62,349 nt of DNA, from the NCBI GenBank assembly GCA_023131835.1, contig JAGLZA010000033.1, positions 1 to 62,349 on the forward strand, written 5' to 3'. Below the pieces are notes generated by a model that worked only from the letters and a program-made list of their open reading frames with translations, ran no database searches and was not told the origin of the DNA. Every line of letters starts with the position of its first letter. Within the stretch, counting starts at the first letter, position 1. Shown here piece after piece: positions 20,682 through 30,242 of the stretch. The stretch comes from a candidate division WOR-3 bacterium (lineage in GTDB: Bacteria > Hydrothermota > UBA3072). The position numbers were made by a program, and so were the translations under genes.

Positions 20682-20966
20682 CTATATAAATCCTAATTTC
20701 TTTGCCTCTTCATAATCAATTTCTTTTCCTTTCCAAATTCCTGCTTTTTCACCACCGCCCTTCAATATTAAATCCATTATATCCATAACAATATCCGGTG
20801 TTGCTTCTTCTTCTGCCCATTCTATACTTACGGACATATAAGCCTTATCACCTAATTTTGTGGTAACACGAGCAGAGTTATAATCACTAGATTTAGATAT
20901 GTTTGTGTATAACACATTTTCAGGTAATATATTAAAATTTAAACTCGTTTTTTTCGCTTTAGCCAT
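20682..20966 (-). CDS. Hypothetical protein
   Basis: Start moved to MAKAKK (AGGAG SD). Confidence 0.65.
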   Translation of the reverse strand: MAKAKKTSLNFNILPENVLYTNISKSSDYNSARVTTKLGDKAYMSVSIEWAEEEATPDIVMDIMDLILKGGGEKAGIWKGKEIDYEEAKKLGFI

Positions 20967-20982
20967 AATCTTTCTCCTATAC

Positions 20983-21606
20983 TTATTTATTTTTTCTATC
21001 AACCAATATATTGGCAATTTCCTTAGCTGATAAATTAAACTCTTTCAAAGTCCCATTATTTTCTATAACAAACTCCATACGATTATAATCATCCATTGTT
21101 GTTTCTGATATATGATCTTTACCATGAATAGAATCAGTTTTGTCTTTATTACGAACTATTTTAATTAAAACTCCTTTTCTTTCCACAATTGATTCTGCTT
21201 CATTTATATATCTTATATCTGTTACAATTACATTTTTATATTCTCTATCCTTTACTATTTCAAATAAATGGTTTACCCAAAAATTATAATCTATTGATCT
21301 GTAAAATTCACCATAATGCTGTAAAATTTCACGCGGAGTCCAATAACTTGTCAACTCATCTTTATCTGATCTCATTTCTCCATGATAATTAAAAACTTTA
21401 TTATAACGTCTATCTTCAACTTCCTTTTCATTACCCCATAATTGTTCATATGACATATCAAAATCTTTTTGTACTCTTATTTTCAACTCATGAGCATATG
21501 CCATAAGAACATACCTTTGCCTTGTTAAATTAAACAATTCTTCTGCCAACATTACAGCAAAAACATCTTTTCCAACTCGTGCCTTTCCTACTATACCGAT
21601 TAGCAT
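20983..21606 (-). CDS. Deoxynucleoside monophosphate kinase
   Basis: GIVGKARVGKD P-loop, TPREILQ, VTDIRYINE, HISE, IENNGT. Confidence 0.88.
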   Translation of the reverse strand: MLIGIVGKARVGKDVFAVMLAEELFNLTRQRYVLMAYAHELKIRVQKDFDMSYEQLWGNEKEVEDRRYNKVFNYHGEMRSDKDELTSYWTPREILQHYGEFYRSIDYNFWVNHLFEIVKDREYKNVIVTDIRYINEAESIVERKGVLIKIVRNKDKTDSIHGKDHISETTMDDYNRMEFVIENNGTLKEFNLSAKEIANILVDRKNK

Positions 21607-21607
21607 A

Positions 21608-22015
21608 CTACTCTCCTATTTTGACATTCAAATCACTAGCAACAATTTTATGTGACAGTAATGTATATTCTTCATAAATACTATCACGCTGCTTTATAAG
21701 TTCCAATTTATTCAACTGACATCTTTTGTTTTTTATTAAAACAGTTAAAACATCCATTTTATCTTTCATTGTATCTCTGATTACAACAGCTGTGGATACA
21801 ATAACCTCTTTCTCGGCAAGATCAATTTTTATTTGATTATTCACCGTATTTAAATTAACTTTCTTAGCCTGTAATAATTCTAATTGAACAAATAATTCTT
21901 GTAATATAGTTTCACTATTATCATACCGTATTATAGTTTTTAATTCAACTATTTTCTTTTTCAACATTTTCTTTTCATAAATTAAATCTCTTAATAACAT
22001 AGTACTCTCCCTCAT
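21608..22015 (-). CDS. Hypothetical coiled-coil protein
   Basis: Tightly packed ORF. Confidence 0.6.
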   Translation of the reverse strand: MRESTMLLRDLIYEKKMLKKKIVELKTIIRYDNSETILQELFVQLELLQAKKVNLNTVNNQIKIDLAEKEVIVSTAVVIRDTMKDKMDVLTVLIKNKRCQLNKLELIKQRDSIYEEYTLLSHKIVASDLNVKIGE

Positions 22016-22348
22016 TTATGAACACCTTTGTACACAATTGGCCCAATGACCAGTTATAAATGTATAATTTGTCAATGAGTCATTTCCTATTACAAAATAT
22101 AAAACATCTTTGTTCAAATAGATCACTTTAATTCTAACAAATTTGTAATTATCTGAATCAAATGAGTGATCACTTATAAAATGTATAACACCTAATGGCC
22201 CTTCCAGAGCATTTATATACCCCATGAACTTACCATTTATATCAGTATATACAGTACCATTATTTAAAATACTAAATATCTTCTTTACAAAATGTTTATT
22301 TACTTTATTACCCTTAGAAAAAGTAGAATTCCACTTATATGGTTGCAA
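22016..22348 (-). CDS. Hypothetical protein
   Basis: Tightly packed ORF. Confidence 0.55.
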   Translation of the reverse strand: MQPYKWNSTFSKGNKVNKHFVKKIFSILNNGTVYTDINGKFMGYINALEGPLGVIHFISDHSFDSDNYKFVRIKVIYLNKDVLYFVIGNDSLTNYTFITGHWANCVQRCS

Positions 22349-22369
22349 TTGTCCATCTCCCTTTTGTTT

Positions 22370-23188
22370 TTATCTTAAATATGTTCCACAATTATAACAA
22401 AAGGTGGAACTAGATTTACTATACCTACCACACGTAGAACATTGTAATTTAACTTTAGTTGTCAATGGTTTAGTCACAACCTTTTTACATTTAGTCTTAC
22501 CTTTTAATCGTAACACTATTACGTAAGATCTACTTTCCAACTCACCAATATTTCCGTATTGATATTGTTGTGAAATTTTAGAGCCTTTTACAGTAATACC
22601 ATCATCCAAATAATTTTGTGAAACCACCACGGGGGCAGCTGTTGCAGCTGTTGCAGCTGTTACAGTCTTACTACCCGCATTGTTGGATGTTAAACTATTA
22701 CTATAACTTCCAATAAAAGAATTACTAGTATTATCATTATAACTACTACAATATTTAATCTCCCAAGGTTTACGTGGACATGGACCTGGTTTAGGAAAAG
22801 GCCAAGAGGGATAATCGTCCACAACAGTAATTGGTTGGATTTTTTCTTGTTCAAATGAATAATTAATTCTAATCAAACCATCATCAACCCTGTCCCCGCG
22901 ATAATTACTAATTTCTTTTGTCTTATGAATAAACTTGAACTGGTTGGTAACAGACATATCTCGCATGAAACCTTTTATTTCCTGAGATGTGTTACCATTT
23001 ATGATCAAACTTTTACCCATCAACACATTTTCACCATCAACTTCTATATCCACCAAAGCCCGTCTTGAATCTTTGTTTTTCAATAAAATGGAATATTGAC
23101 TTCCAAACGGTAATATTACGTCACCATCAACTTCTCTTAAAATTTGTCCTTTGTGTTTTATAACACCTATAAAATTATTCTTATACAT
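22370..23188 (-). CDS. Phage protein with C-terminal double zinc ribbon
   Basis: AGGAGG SD; CSTCG...CYNCG. Confidence 0.7.
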   Translation of the reverse strand: MYKNNFIGVIKHKGQILREVDGDVILPFGSQYSILLKNKDSRRALVDIEVDGENVLMGKSLIINGNTSQEIKGFMRDMSVTNQFKFIHKTKEISNYRGDRVDDGLIRINYSFEQEKIQPITVVDDYPSWPFPKPGPCPRKPWEIKYCSSYNDNTSNSFIGSYSNSLTSNNAGSKTVTAATAATAAPVVVSQNYLDDGITVKGSKISQQYQYGNIGELESRSYVIVLRLKGKTKCKKVVTKPLTTKVKLQCSTCGRYSKSSSTFCYNCGTYLR

Positions 23189-23255
23189 TATTTCCTCCTT
23201 TTACGGTAGACAGAACAACTACCCTTATTTTTATTTAGTTCTGTTGGGTTTTTTT

Positions 23256-23786
23256 TCATACAACATTTATAATTTCATAAATAGCTTCATTACACGCTCT
23301 AAGCAACTCTGGATACTTACTAACAACTGTTCTATAATCATCATTATTATCTATGAAAAAAGGCTCCAAGATAATACATGGAGCTTTTGTATATCGCAAA
23401 ATATATCCTCCCCTCCCTTCTGTAGATTTCCCTTTCATTCCACGATCTTTTAAACCGAGAGCATTTACTATCTTGGCCTGGAAAATGGAAGCCATTTTTT
23501 TACCTTTTTTTGATTTGTAATAATAAAGTGTTTCCGTTCCTGTTGTTTTATTATCAAACGCATTAGCATGAAAACATATCACAAAATCTGGATTTAATGC
23601 ATTAATCTTTTCTGGTAAATCTCTATATCGATCTCTATATACAATTTTAATTTCACAACGATCGTCTGTCAAAGTTTCTATCTGATTAACAAGCATAGAG
23701 TTGAAACCCCATTCACATACACCACAAAGATCATTACACGCACCAGGACTCTTTTTCTTATGTCCAACTACAAGTGCAATTTTCAT
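23256..23786 (-). CDS. N-acetylmuramoyl-L-alanine amidase (Amidase_3 endolysin)
   Basis: VGH...E, FHANA, GTETLY, ILEPFFIDN. Confidence 0.9.
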   Translation of the reverse strand: MKIALVVGHKKKSPGACNDLCGVCEWGFNSMLVNQIETLTDDRCEIKIVYRDRYRDLPEKINALNPDFVICFHANAFDNKTTGTETLYYYKSKKGKKMASIFQAKIVNALGLKDRGMKGKSTEGRGGYILRYTKAPCIILEPFFIDNNDDYRTVVSKYPELLRACNEAIYEIINVV

Positions 23787-23862
23787 ACAATTTCCTCCTA
23801 TATTTATAGTAGGTTAGATTAATACATTAAATCTTTTTAGTTTTCTTCGACAAATAAAAACT

Positions 23863-24132
23863 CTAATTGTTTCTATATTTTAATACCATAATCAATAGTA
23901 TCAAAGATATGATTGCTGGACCCAAATAAATCCAGAACAAATATATATTATTAGTCAGAATGTGACCTACTTCAAAAGCCAAGTATGCACAACAGTTTAG
24001 ATATACATAAAATAAAGACAAATCTTTTGCTTTTTGAGACCGATAAATCTTCACTACCTGTGGTATTAAATCAACAAACCATATTAAAGCTGCAATCAAT
24101 AAAACAAAATGGCCTATTGTATTGATATTCAC
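23863..24132 (-). CDS. PQ-loop / SemiSWEET-like membrane protein
   Basis: IPQVVKIYRSQKAKDLS and three TM segments. Confidence 0.8.
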   Translation of the reverse strand: MNINTIGHFVLLIAALIWFVDLIPQVVKIYRSQKAKDLSLFYVYLNCCAYLAFEVGHILTNNIYLFWIYLGPAIISLILLIMVLKYRNN

Positions 24133-24188
24133 CGGGTGTCACTACTCCTGAGGATATACATAACTTGAATTAACTAAAATAATCTCCT

Positions 24189-25187
24189 CTACATCATTGC
24201 GGCTAAAAGAGCCCCCTTCGCTGTTGCTCTTAGAGGATCTTCTGCTCTCATTACTTTACCTATCTCTATCGGAAAATCAGTAGTTTTGAGAGCTTCATTA
24301 AACATCTGTACAAATCCTTTTGCCAGTGTTAAACCACCGGCTAACACTATTGGCATAGGCTCTCTAAATAAAGGTAATTCCTTTTTTCTTACCTTTAATT
24401 CATGTGCAATAGTTTTAATGGTATAGTTAAGAACAGATCGATAATAAACTGAAACAGCCTTCATAATTATTGTTGAAGGACTGTAAAGATCTGTTCCGGC
24501 TTCTTTTTCTGTCTGTACAAGGCTAGGAGAAATATCTAAAGCTTTCCCAACAGCCTCATCAACATAATCCCCTGCTTTTTGTAAAGAAAATTGAAGTATA
24601 GGGTCACCTTCATGTATAATTGCCATATTACAAAGACCTGCACCATATGTAACAATTCCCCCAGTTAACCCAGAATCAATTAATTCTGACAAGGCTACGG
24701 CAAAAGCTTCATTTATTGGTGTCGTTTCAAATCCCATCTGTTTTAAATATAACCCCAACATTTCTTTATGATAAATTATATCAAAATTTCCATCAATAGG
24801 TGCTGACGGAATAGAAAAAACACATTTATCCCCTTCCTTTCCTTCACCAATTAATGACTTTATAATAAGTTTTAATATTGGCAAAGATGCTTTTTCTTTG
24901 GGAGAAATTACTCCTTTTACCATAGGTCTTTCTACGACATCGTTTCTTTCGATCGCTATATCCAAAGAATCTTGTCCTATTATAACGAAAGACCCATCTT
25001 CATCTTCGATATAATTTACTTTTCTCTTGTCCAAAGACATCTTAATACTGCTCTTATTCACTTTAGTCTTTGGTTTAATCTTGTAAAAACAATCACGTTG
25101 ATTTTTAAATATTGAATCACCACCATCTTCAGATATTCCTGTGATCAACATATTTGTTCCCAAATCTAATCCGACAAATTTACTCAT
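24189..25187 (-). CDS. Actin-family ATPase, volactin-like
   Basis: GLDLGT (phosphate 1), RPMVKGVI, INEAFA, YGAG (phosphate 2), AGD, LAGG, ATAKGAL. Confidence 0.85.
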   Translation of the reverse strand: MSKFVGLDLGTNMLITGISEDGGDSIFKNQRDCFYKIKPKTKVNKSSIKMSLDKRKVNYIEDEDGSFVIIGQDSLDIAIERNDVVERPMVKGVISPKEKASLPILKLIIKSLIGEGKEGDKCVFSIPSAPIDGNFDIIYHKEMLGLYLKQMGFETTPINEAFAVALSELIDSGLTGGIVTYGAGLCNMAIIHEGDPILQFSLQKAGDYVDEAVGKALDISPSLVQTEKEAGTDLYSPSTIIMKAVSVYYRSVLNYTIKTIAHELKVRKKELPLFREPMPIVLAGGLTLAKGFVQMFNEALKTTDFPIEIGKVMRAEDPLRATAKGALLAAMM

Positions 25188-25276
25188 TTATCCCCCCCCT
25201 TTACATTGTAAATCAACATATCTACAATCTCTGTTCAATCTGCCCCTTTCCAAATCATCTCAACAAATTTTCAAAC

Positions 25277-25801
25277 CTACACTTTCCCCAATAATTTCTT
25301 AAGTTTATCAACTTTTCCTGCCACATCTTCTTTGCTCATACCAACAGTTTCCTTTGTTTCTATGTGTAATTCCACATCATTAAAATCTTTTTCAATTGGA
25401 TCAACAAATGCTTTTTCCATTTTAGGCCTACCAGACTTTTCTATTACTACCTCATTATCCAGATTTTTTACCTGCTTAAGTTGTTCTATTAAAGCATCTT
25501 TATTTTGCAAATTATTTTTTAATATATTATTTTCATTCTCTAATTCTGTTATACGTTCTTTATATTTAACAGTTTCTTCTTTAACTACTTTTATTATCTC
25601 GTCGTCTATTTGTTTATTAGTAAATAATTTTGTTTCTTGTCGATTTTTCAATAATTTTATTTGTTCTTTTAAAGATTCAATTAAATCATTTTGATCATAA
25701 ACAATTAAAGATTCTTGCGACTGTCTTCGCTGTTGATCTCTTGGTCCACCAGATGTTGAACGTCTACCTTGACTATATGGTTTTTTATACGGAATTGGCA
25801 T
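25277..25801 (-). CDS. Coiled-coil protein, candidate actin partner
   Basis: Long coiled coil and amphipathic C-terminal helix VDKLKKLLG; directly upstream of the actin gene. Confidence 0.55.
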   Translation of the reverse strand: MPIPYKKPYSQGRRSTSGGPRDQQRRQSQESLIVYDQNDLIESLKEQIKLLKNRQETKLFTNKQIDDEIIKVVKEETVKYKERITELENENNILKNNLQNKDALIEQLKQVKNLDNEVVIEKSGRPKMEKAFVDPIEKDFNDVELHIETKETVGMSKEDVAGKVDKLKKLLGKV

Positions 25802-25818
25802 AAAATTAATCCTTATAA

Positions 25819-26403
25819 TTAACCTTTTGACTTTTGTATCTTATCGACTAATCCATATTTCACTGCCTCTTCTGCCGTCAAAAAATGATCTCTTTCCATA
25901 TCTTTCTTGACCTTCACAAGTTTTTGTCCTGTTAACTGTACATAATGCCTAGCCATTTTCTCATAAGTATCCTCAATATGTCTATAATTCCCACGCATAT
26001 CTCCAGCCTTTCCTGTAACTCCACCTGAAAGTTCATGTATCATTATATTAGTATTTGGCAAAATAGATCGTTTACCTTTTGTACCGGCTGCTAATAATAA
26101 GGAAGCCGCACTAATACACCTACCAAACCCCATCGTAGCCACATCTGGCTTCACATAATTAATCGTATCAAAGATTGCATACATTGCATCAATCTCTCCT
26201 CCCTGAGAGTTTATATACATATTAATATCTACCTCATTATCATTTGCCTCTAAAAATAACAATTGTGCTACTATAGAATCCGCTAAATTTTGGTCAATCA
26301 CACCACGAATGAATACGATTCTATCACGTAAAAGTCGTGAGTAAAGATCATACACACGTTCCTGATCTCCTGGTCCTTTTTCAATTACATATGGTACTGA
26401 CAT
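25819..26403 (-). CDS. clpP: ATP-dependent Clp protease proteolytic subunit
   Basis: YDLYSRLLRDRIVFI, AQLLFLE, YINSQGG; catalytic S (CISAAS), H (MIHE) and D (ERDHF). Confidence 0.95.
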   Translation of the reverse strand: MSVPYVIEKGPGDQERVYDLYSRLLRDRIVFIRGVIDQNLADSIVAQLLFLEANDNEVDINMYINSQGGEIDAMYAIFDTINYVKPDVATMGFGRCISAASLLLAAGTKGKRSILPNTNIMIHELSGGVTGKAGDMRGNYRHIEDTYEKMARHYVQLTGQKLVKVKKDMERDHFLTAEEAVKYGLVDKIQKSKG

Positions 26404-26478
26404 TATTATTCTCCTTTTCCTCTTTAAATTTTCTAAAAAATATAAACACTATTTATTGCCCAATTATTGCCCAATTGT

Positions 26479-26506
26479 AATATAAGCATTAAATTTCATT
26501 TGTCAA
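26479..26506 (-). promoter_or_regulatory. Sigma70-like promoter upstream of clpP
   Basis: TTGACA-16 bp-TATATT, with spacer ending TAATGCT as in three other copies. Confidence 0.65.
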
Positions 26507-26521
26507 GCAACAATTTAATTT

Positions 26522-26773
26522 TTATGATAAACATTCAACAAGTACATCTTCTAATTGTTTTATCTCTTCAAAATCTAATTCTCTGAAACAATTAAGACTC
26601 ATTACCTTATTTGTTAAAGTATCAAAAACACACATTACAATTTCACCTTTCCACACTGTTGACAAAAAAATAGAACTAGAACCTATATTTTTAGTCCTCA
26701 ATTTCTTTTTTGCTAAATACAGATCAATAATATTCATTTTGAAAAAAATTTCTCCAACAAGATATTTATACAA
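26522..26773 (-). CDS. Hypothetical protein
   Basis: ORF in operon orientation; start uncertain. Confidence 0.45.
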   Translation of the reverse strand: MYKYLVGEIFFKMNIIDLYLAKKKLRTKNIGSSSIFLSTVWKGEIVMCVFDTLTNKVMSLNCFRELDFEEIKQLEDVLVECLS

Positions 26774-26939
26774 CTTTTGTTTTTCCGAAAATTCTACCTA
26801 AACCGTTTTTAGATTTAAAAACTTTCTTTAACAAAACTATTATACGGTTTTTATATTTTTCCGTTTAAAATCAACTTTTATTTATAAAAGTTAATGTTTC
26901 CTTATTATTAAAACTTATTATTAACCGTTCTTATTGTAC

Positions 26940-27004
26940 GGGGTAATGAATACCCCACTCTCTGGGGTAATTAATACCCCACCCTTTGGGGTAATGAATA
27001 CCCC
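26940..27004. repeat. Three palindromic 17-mers GGGGTAAT(G/T)AATACCCC at 24-bp period (iteron-like)
   Basis: Copies at 26940-26956, 26964-26980 and 26988-27004, next to an AT-rich tract. Confidence 0.9.
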
Positions 27005-27522
27005 ACCACATCTGATATACTGTTATCCGTAAGTTTACAAAGATTATTGGTCCAATCAACCAGTGTTGTTGTTCCGGCATATAATAAGTACTGTTTTTCC
27101 CCACTACATACACCAAGTATATAAATGTTTTGTTTTCCTCCTATTATTTTACCTTTCTTTTTGAAAACAGTATCTATTTTTTCAATTTTCATAAATCCAT
27201 ATTCAATTAAAATTTTTATTCTTTTTTCTACTGTTTTTTTTGTTATACCATGAACTTCCGCCAACTTTCTGAGAGATACTGAAGAAGCCAAAATACCTCT
27301 TTTAAAATAATTATTATACAGATCAAATTTATCACCACCGTGTTCACCTCTAAATATACAACTAATGATATATTGATATATAGGTAAACATACATTTACC
27401 TCTTTATACAACTTCAAATTTCTATATACAGATAATGGTGTTCGTACAGTTTGTTCCTTTTTTTTAGATGTAGTATTTTGTTTTGTTATTTCCTTTTCCA
27501 TAACATTATTCCAATTCTTCAA
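26971..27522 (-). CDS. Winged-HTH protein, replication-initiator-like
   Basis: SLRKLAEVHGITKKTVEKRIKILIEYGFM HTH followed by a QNIY wing; the gene ends inside the repeats. Confidence 0.65.
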   Translation of the reverse strand: MKNWNNVMEKEITKQNTTSKKKEQTVRTPLSVYRNLKLYKEVNVCLPIYQYIISCIFRGEHGGDKFDLYNNYFKRGILASSVSLRKLAEVHGITKKTVEKRIKILIEYGFMKIEKIDTVFKKKGKIIGGKQNIYILGVCSGEKQYLLYAGTTTLVDWTNNLCKLTDNSISDVVGYSLPQRVGY

Positions 27523-27811
27523 TAAAAAATGTCTCTTTATTTTCTTGTTCTAGTTCACAACCCAACGTTCCGCTTTTTAATACTTCTTGTAAAAGTGTAT
27601 CTCCTAGTTCAGGCCGAAATTCTCTAAAATCATTCCCAAAATCCATAATATTTGGGTTAAGCCCTAGTATTATCCAAAATCGATTAGGACAATACCCATC
27701 ATCTTCATCAGCATAAAAATCATCACAAGTATATGGGTATTTCATATTTATTTTATCCAACAGTCTTTGTAATGCCCCATAAATTGCTTTTTTTTCTATG
27801 ACTGTTCTCAT
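27506..27811 (-). CDS. Hypothetical protein
   Basis: GGAG SD, operon orientation. Confidence 0.6.
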   Translation of the reverse strand: MRTVIEKKAIYGALQRLLDKINMKYPYTCDDFYADEDDGYCPNRFWIILGLNPNIMDFGNDFREFRPELGDTLLQEVLKSGTLGCELEQENKETFFIEELE

Positions 27812-27815
27812 TGTG

Positions 27816-27947
27816 TTATCTCCATAATAATAGTAATGTTATTATACATCCAAACAATATAACAAACAATATAGATGTTGGAATAACATATTCTTTATCT
27901 TTCTCAATATATTTATTTATTAAATATTTTAAATTAAGTATTTTCAT
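27816..27947 (-). CDS. Small membrane peptide (43 aa)
   Basis: Manual translation MKILNLKYLINKYIEKDKEYVIPTSILFVILFGCIITLLLLWR fills the gap. Confidence 0.45.
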   Translation of the reverse strand: MKILNLKYLINKYIEKDKEYVIPTSILFVILFGCIITLLLLWR

Positions 27948-28701
27948 AAAATATATTTCTATTAGTTAAAATTATTGGTCCTTCATTAGTAATTGCGATT
28001 GTATGTTCAAAATGAGCTGCCATATCACCATTTTTAGTTAACACAGTCCAACCATCACTTCCCGTAATTGTTTCTGCGTTTCCAGCAACAACCATTGGTT
28101 CTATGGCTATTACCATTCCATTTTTTAATAAATAACCTTCTCCTTTATTACCAAAGTTATATACTGGAGGTTCTTCATGTAAATTTTTACCGATTCCATG
28201 TCCAGTAAAATTTTTAACTACATTAAAACCTTCTTTTTCTGCACACTGTTGAATAGTATAGGAAATATCACCTATTGTATTTCCTGAATGGCTTTGCTGT
28301 ATTGCAAGTGTTAGACATTCATTAGTAATTTTTATAAGTTTTTTATGTTTGTTTGATATTTTTCCAACAGGAATAGTTAATGCTGAATCTCCATACCATC
28401 CATTGTATAAAATACCAAAATCTATACTTAAAATATCCCCTTCTTTTAATGGTTTATCAGATGGAAATCCATGTACTACTTGTTCATTAACTGACGCACA
28501 TATAGAATATGGAAATCCCCTATAACCTTTAAATCCTGGTATAGCTCCCTTTTCGAAGGTCAATGTCTCTGCTAAACTATTTAAATAGTTGGTTGTAATA
28601 CCTGGTTTTACTTCTTTTTCCAAACAGGCTAAAACATACGCCACAATAGAGCAGCTTTTCTTTATTTCAAGTATATTTTGTATTCCATGTAAAATAATCA
28701 T
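27934..28701 (-). CDS. map: Methionine aminopeptidase, type I
   Basis: CASVNEQVVHG, SIDFG, YGDSA, GHGIG...HEEP, AIEPM, AHFEHT. Confidence 0.95.
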   Translation of the reverse strand: MIILHGIQNILEIKKSCSIVAYVLACLEKEVKPGITTNYLNSLAETLTFEKGAIPGFKGYRGFPYSICASVNEQVVHGFPSDKPLKEGDILSIDFGILYNGWYGDSALTIPVGKISNKHKKLIKITNECLTLAIQQSHSGNTIGDISYTIQQCAEKEGFNVVKNFTGHGIGKNLHEEPPVYNFGNKGEGYLLKNGMVIAIEPMVVAGNAETITGSDGWTVLTKNGDMAAHFEHTIAITNEGPIILTNRNIFYENT

Positions 28702-28910
28702 AAAGTTCGTTGTTTATAGGCTCGTGTTATAGTTTCCTGTAATCTCTTTTCATTAATTTTTCCTGCTAATTTTAAATGTTTTATTTTGTCATTAATACTA
28801 TCTTGACTACGTGTTGGAAACATAATCATAAGTTCTTGTATAGATTTTATTTTATAACTATCTATTAATAATTTTGTTTCTGACGAAAGCCATCTTTTTC
28901 TTCTAGCCAT
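28698..28910 (-). CDS. Small Myb/HTH-like protein
   Basis: W..SETKLL...FPTRSQDSI pattern. Confidence 0.55.
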   Translation of the reverse strand: MARRKRWLSSETKLLIDSYKIKSIQELMIMFPTRSQDSINDKIKHLKLAGKINEKRLQETITRAYKQRTL

Positions 28911-28942
28911 TATATTATCTTCCCCTTTTCCATATAAATTTA

Positions 28943-29134
28943 CTATTCTGTTTTTTCTGGTAAACCGTCAACTTTCCGTCCATATTTCTTATACATTTTT
29001 AGCTTTTCCTTTTCCTGTCTTATTTTAGCGTCATCACTATCATTTATTTTATGGGCACACTCTGCACAAATACATCCTTGTTTACTCATTACATATATAA
29101 TATTACTTTCCTTTTTACATAAAGCACATCTCAT
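28943..29134 (-). CDS. Small zinc-finger protein (ClpX-N-like C4 pattern)
   Basis: CALC...ICAEC. Confidence 0.55.
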   Translation of the reverse strand: MRCALCKKESNIIYVMSKQGCICAECAHKINDSDDAKIRQEKEKLKMYKKYGRKVDGLPEKTE

Positions 29135-29301
29135 TTAGAAAACTCCAAAAGTAGATATTTACTGTCCCTATTCATATAAAATTATATTCTGTAACTTCGC
29201 ATGTCTTATTTGTACTATGTGCTCTACTTATATTACATAGAGTTTCCGTCTATCTTGTTCTAAGTAACAACAATATTTGTTTTAATTAATCTCAATATAT
29301 T

Positions 29302-30153
29302 TTAGTCTCCCAGTTTAATTTCAGCATCCCAATTTATTTCTCCATATAAACAGAGGTGAATATGCCGAAAATGGTTATATTGTTTTATATCATCACCTCG
29401 TAACACAGAATTACCATAAACTTTTTTAAAATGATTATTCAAACCGACTGAGGTCATAAATACACCCTTTAAAAATATTTTTCTTAACAAATGATATAAA
29501 GCATAATTTTTCTCTGTATCAAATATATTTGTTTTCAAACTCCTTTGAGGAAAAGGATCTCGCCAAATATTAACATTCGGTCCTTTGTATTTACCAGGCA
29601 TATTAGAGGTTCTGTAATGAGTCATATTAAATCCCTGTAAAGTACAGTAGTTCAAGTCTATCGTATGTTGATTGTCATGTGCCCCGCCATGACCCGAACA
29701 AAGATTATTCTGCTGACAACCAGCATCGCCCAGTACAAAAGCTTCGTTGCAATCCCTTGAATATAAACTGCAAACATATCTCATAATAATATCAAGAATT
29801 TCAAAAATTTTATGATACATCCACTGACATTCATCTTTGCCAGCAAAAACTCTCCAAGGTTTTTCACCTCCAACTGAAACAATTCTTTTTTTGATATCTT
29901 TCATATCCATAGGCTCAACAAAATCTCGAAGTCTTGGAATACCATAAGCTTTACACCAGCCTTTCGATATTACGGAATAGTCAAGAAAAATGTTCTTAAT
30001 GTTCATATCAGGGGGTAGAAAAAACTTCCCCTTATTCCACTCCTGACATCTATGAATCTCAACATCATATCCTGTACCAGCCCAATTTTGTACAGAACAA
30101 TCTTGTATGAATGACGAGTTATAAGCTTTTTGAATTTTATTCCAATTTATCAT
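29302..30153 (-). CDS. LAS-family (MepA-like) metallopeptidase candidate
   Basis: H-x6-D (AHDNQHTID) and terminal HFRHIH. Confidence 0.55.
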   Translation of the reverse strand: MINWNKIQKAYNSSFIQDCSVQNWAGTGYDVEIHRCQEWNKGKFFLPPDMNIKNIFLDYSVISKGWCKAYGIPRLRDFVEPMDMKDIKKRIVSVGGEKPWRVFAGKDECQWMYHKIFEILDIIMRYVCSLYSRDCNEAFVLGDAGCQQNNLCSGHGGAHDNQHTIDLNYCTLQGFNMTHYRTSNMPGKYKGPNVNIWRDPFPQRSLKTNIFDTEKNYALYHLLRKIFLKGVFMTSVGLNNHFKKVYGNSVLRGDDIKQYNHFRHIHLCLYGEINWDAEIKLGD

Positions 30154-30242
30154 AGCAATTCCTCCAGAGTTTCTGGATTAATCTCAACAACAATTTTCAA
30201 AATGCCCAAGATCACCAGGTTTGCCCCTAAACAGTTATTGTT

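Noticed and set aside
26940-27004. Palindromic repeats as a mini-CRISPR
   Set aside because: The spacers are only 7 bp and nearly identical.
26931-27116. Alternate-frame ORF with WGIHYP repeats
   Set aside because: It is only another reading frame of the DNA repeats inside the HTH gene.
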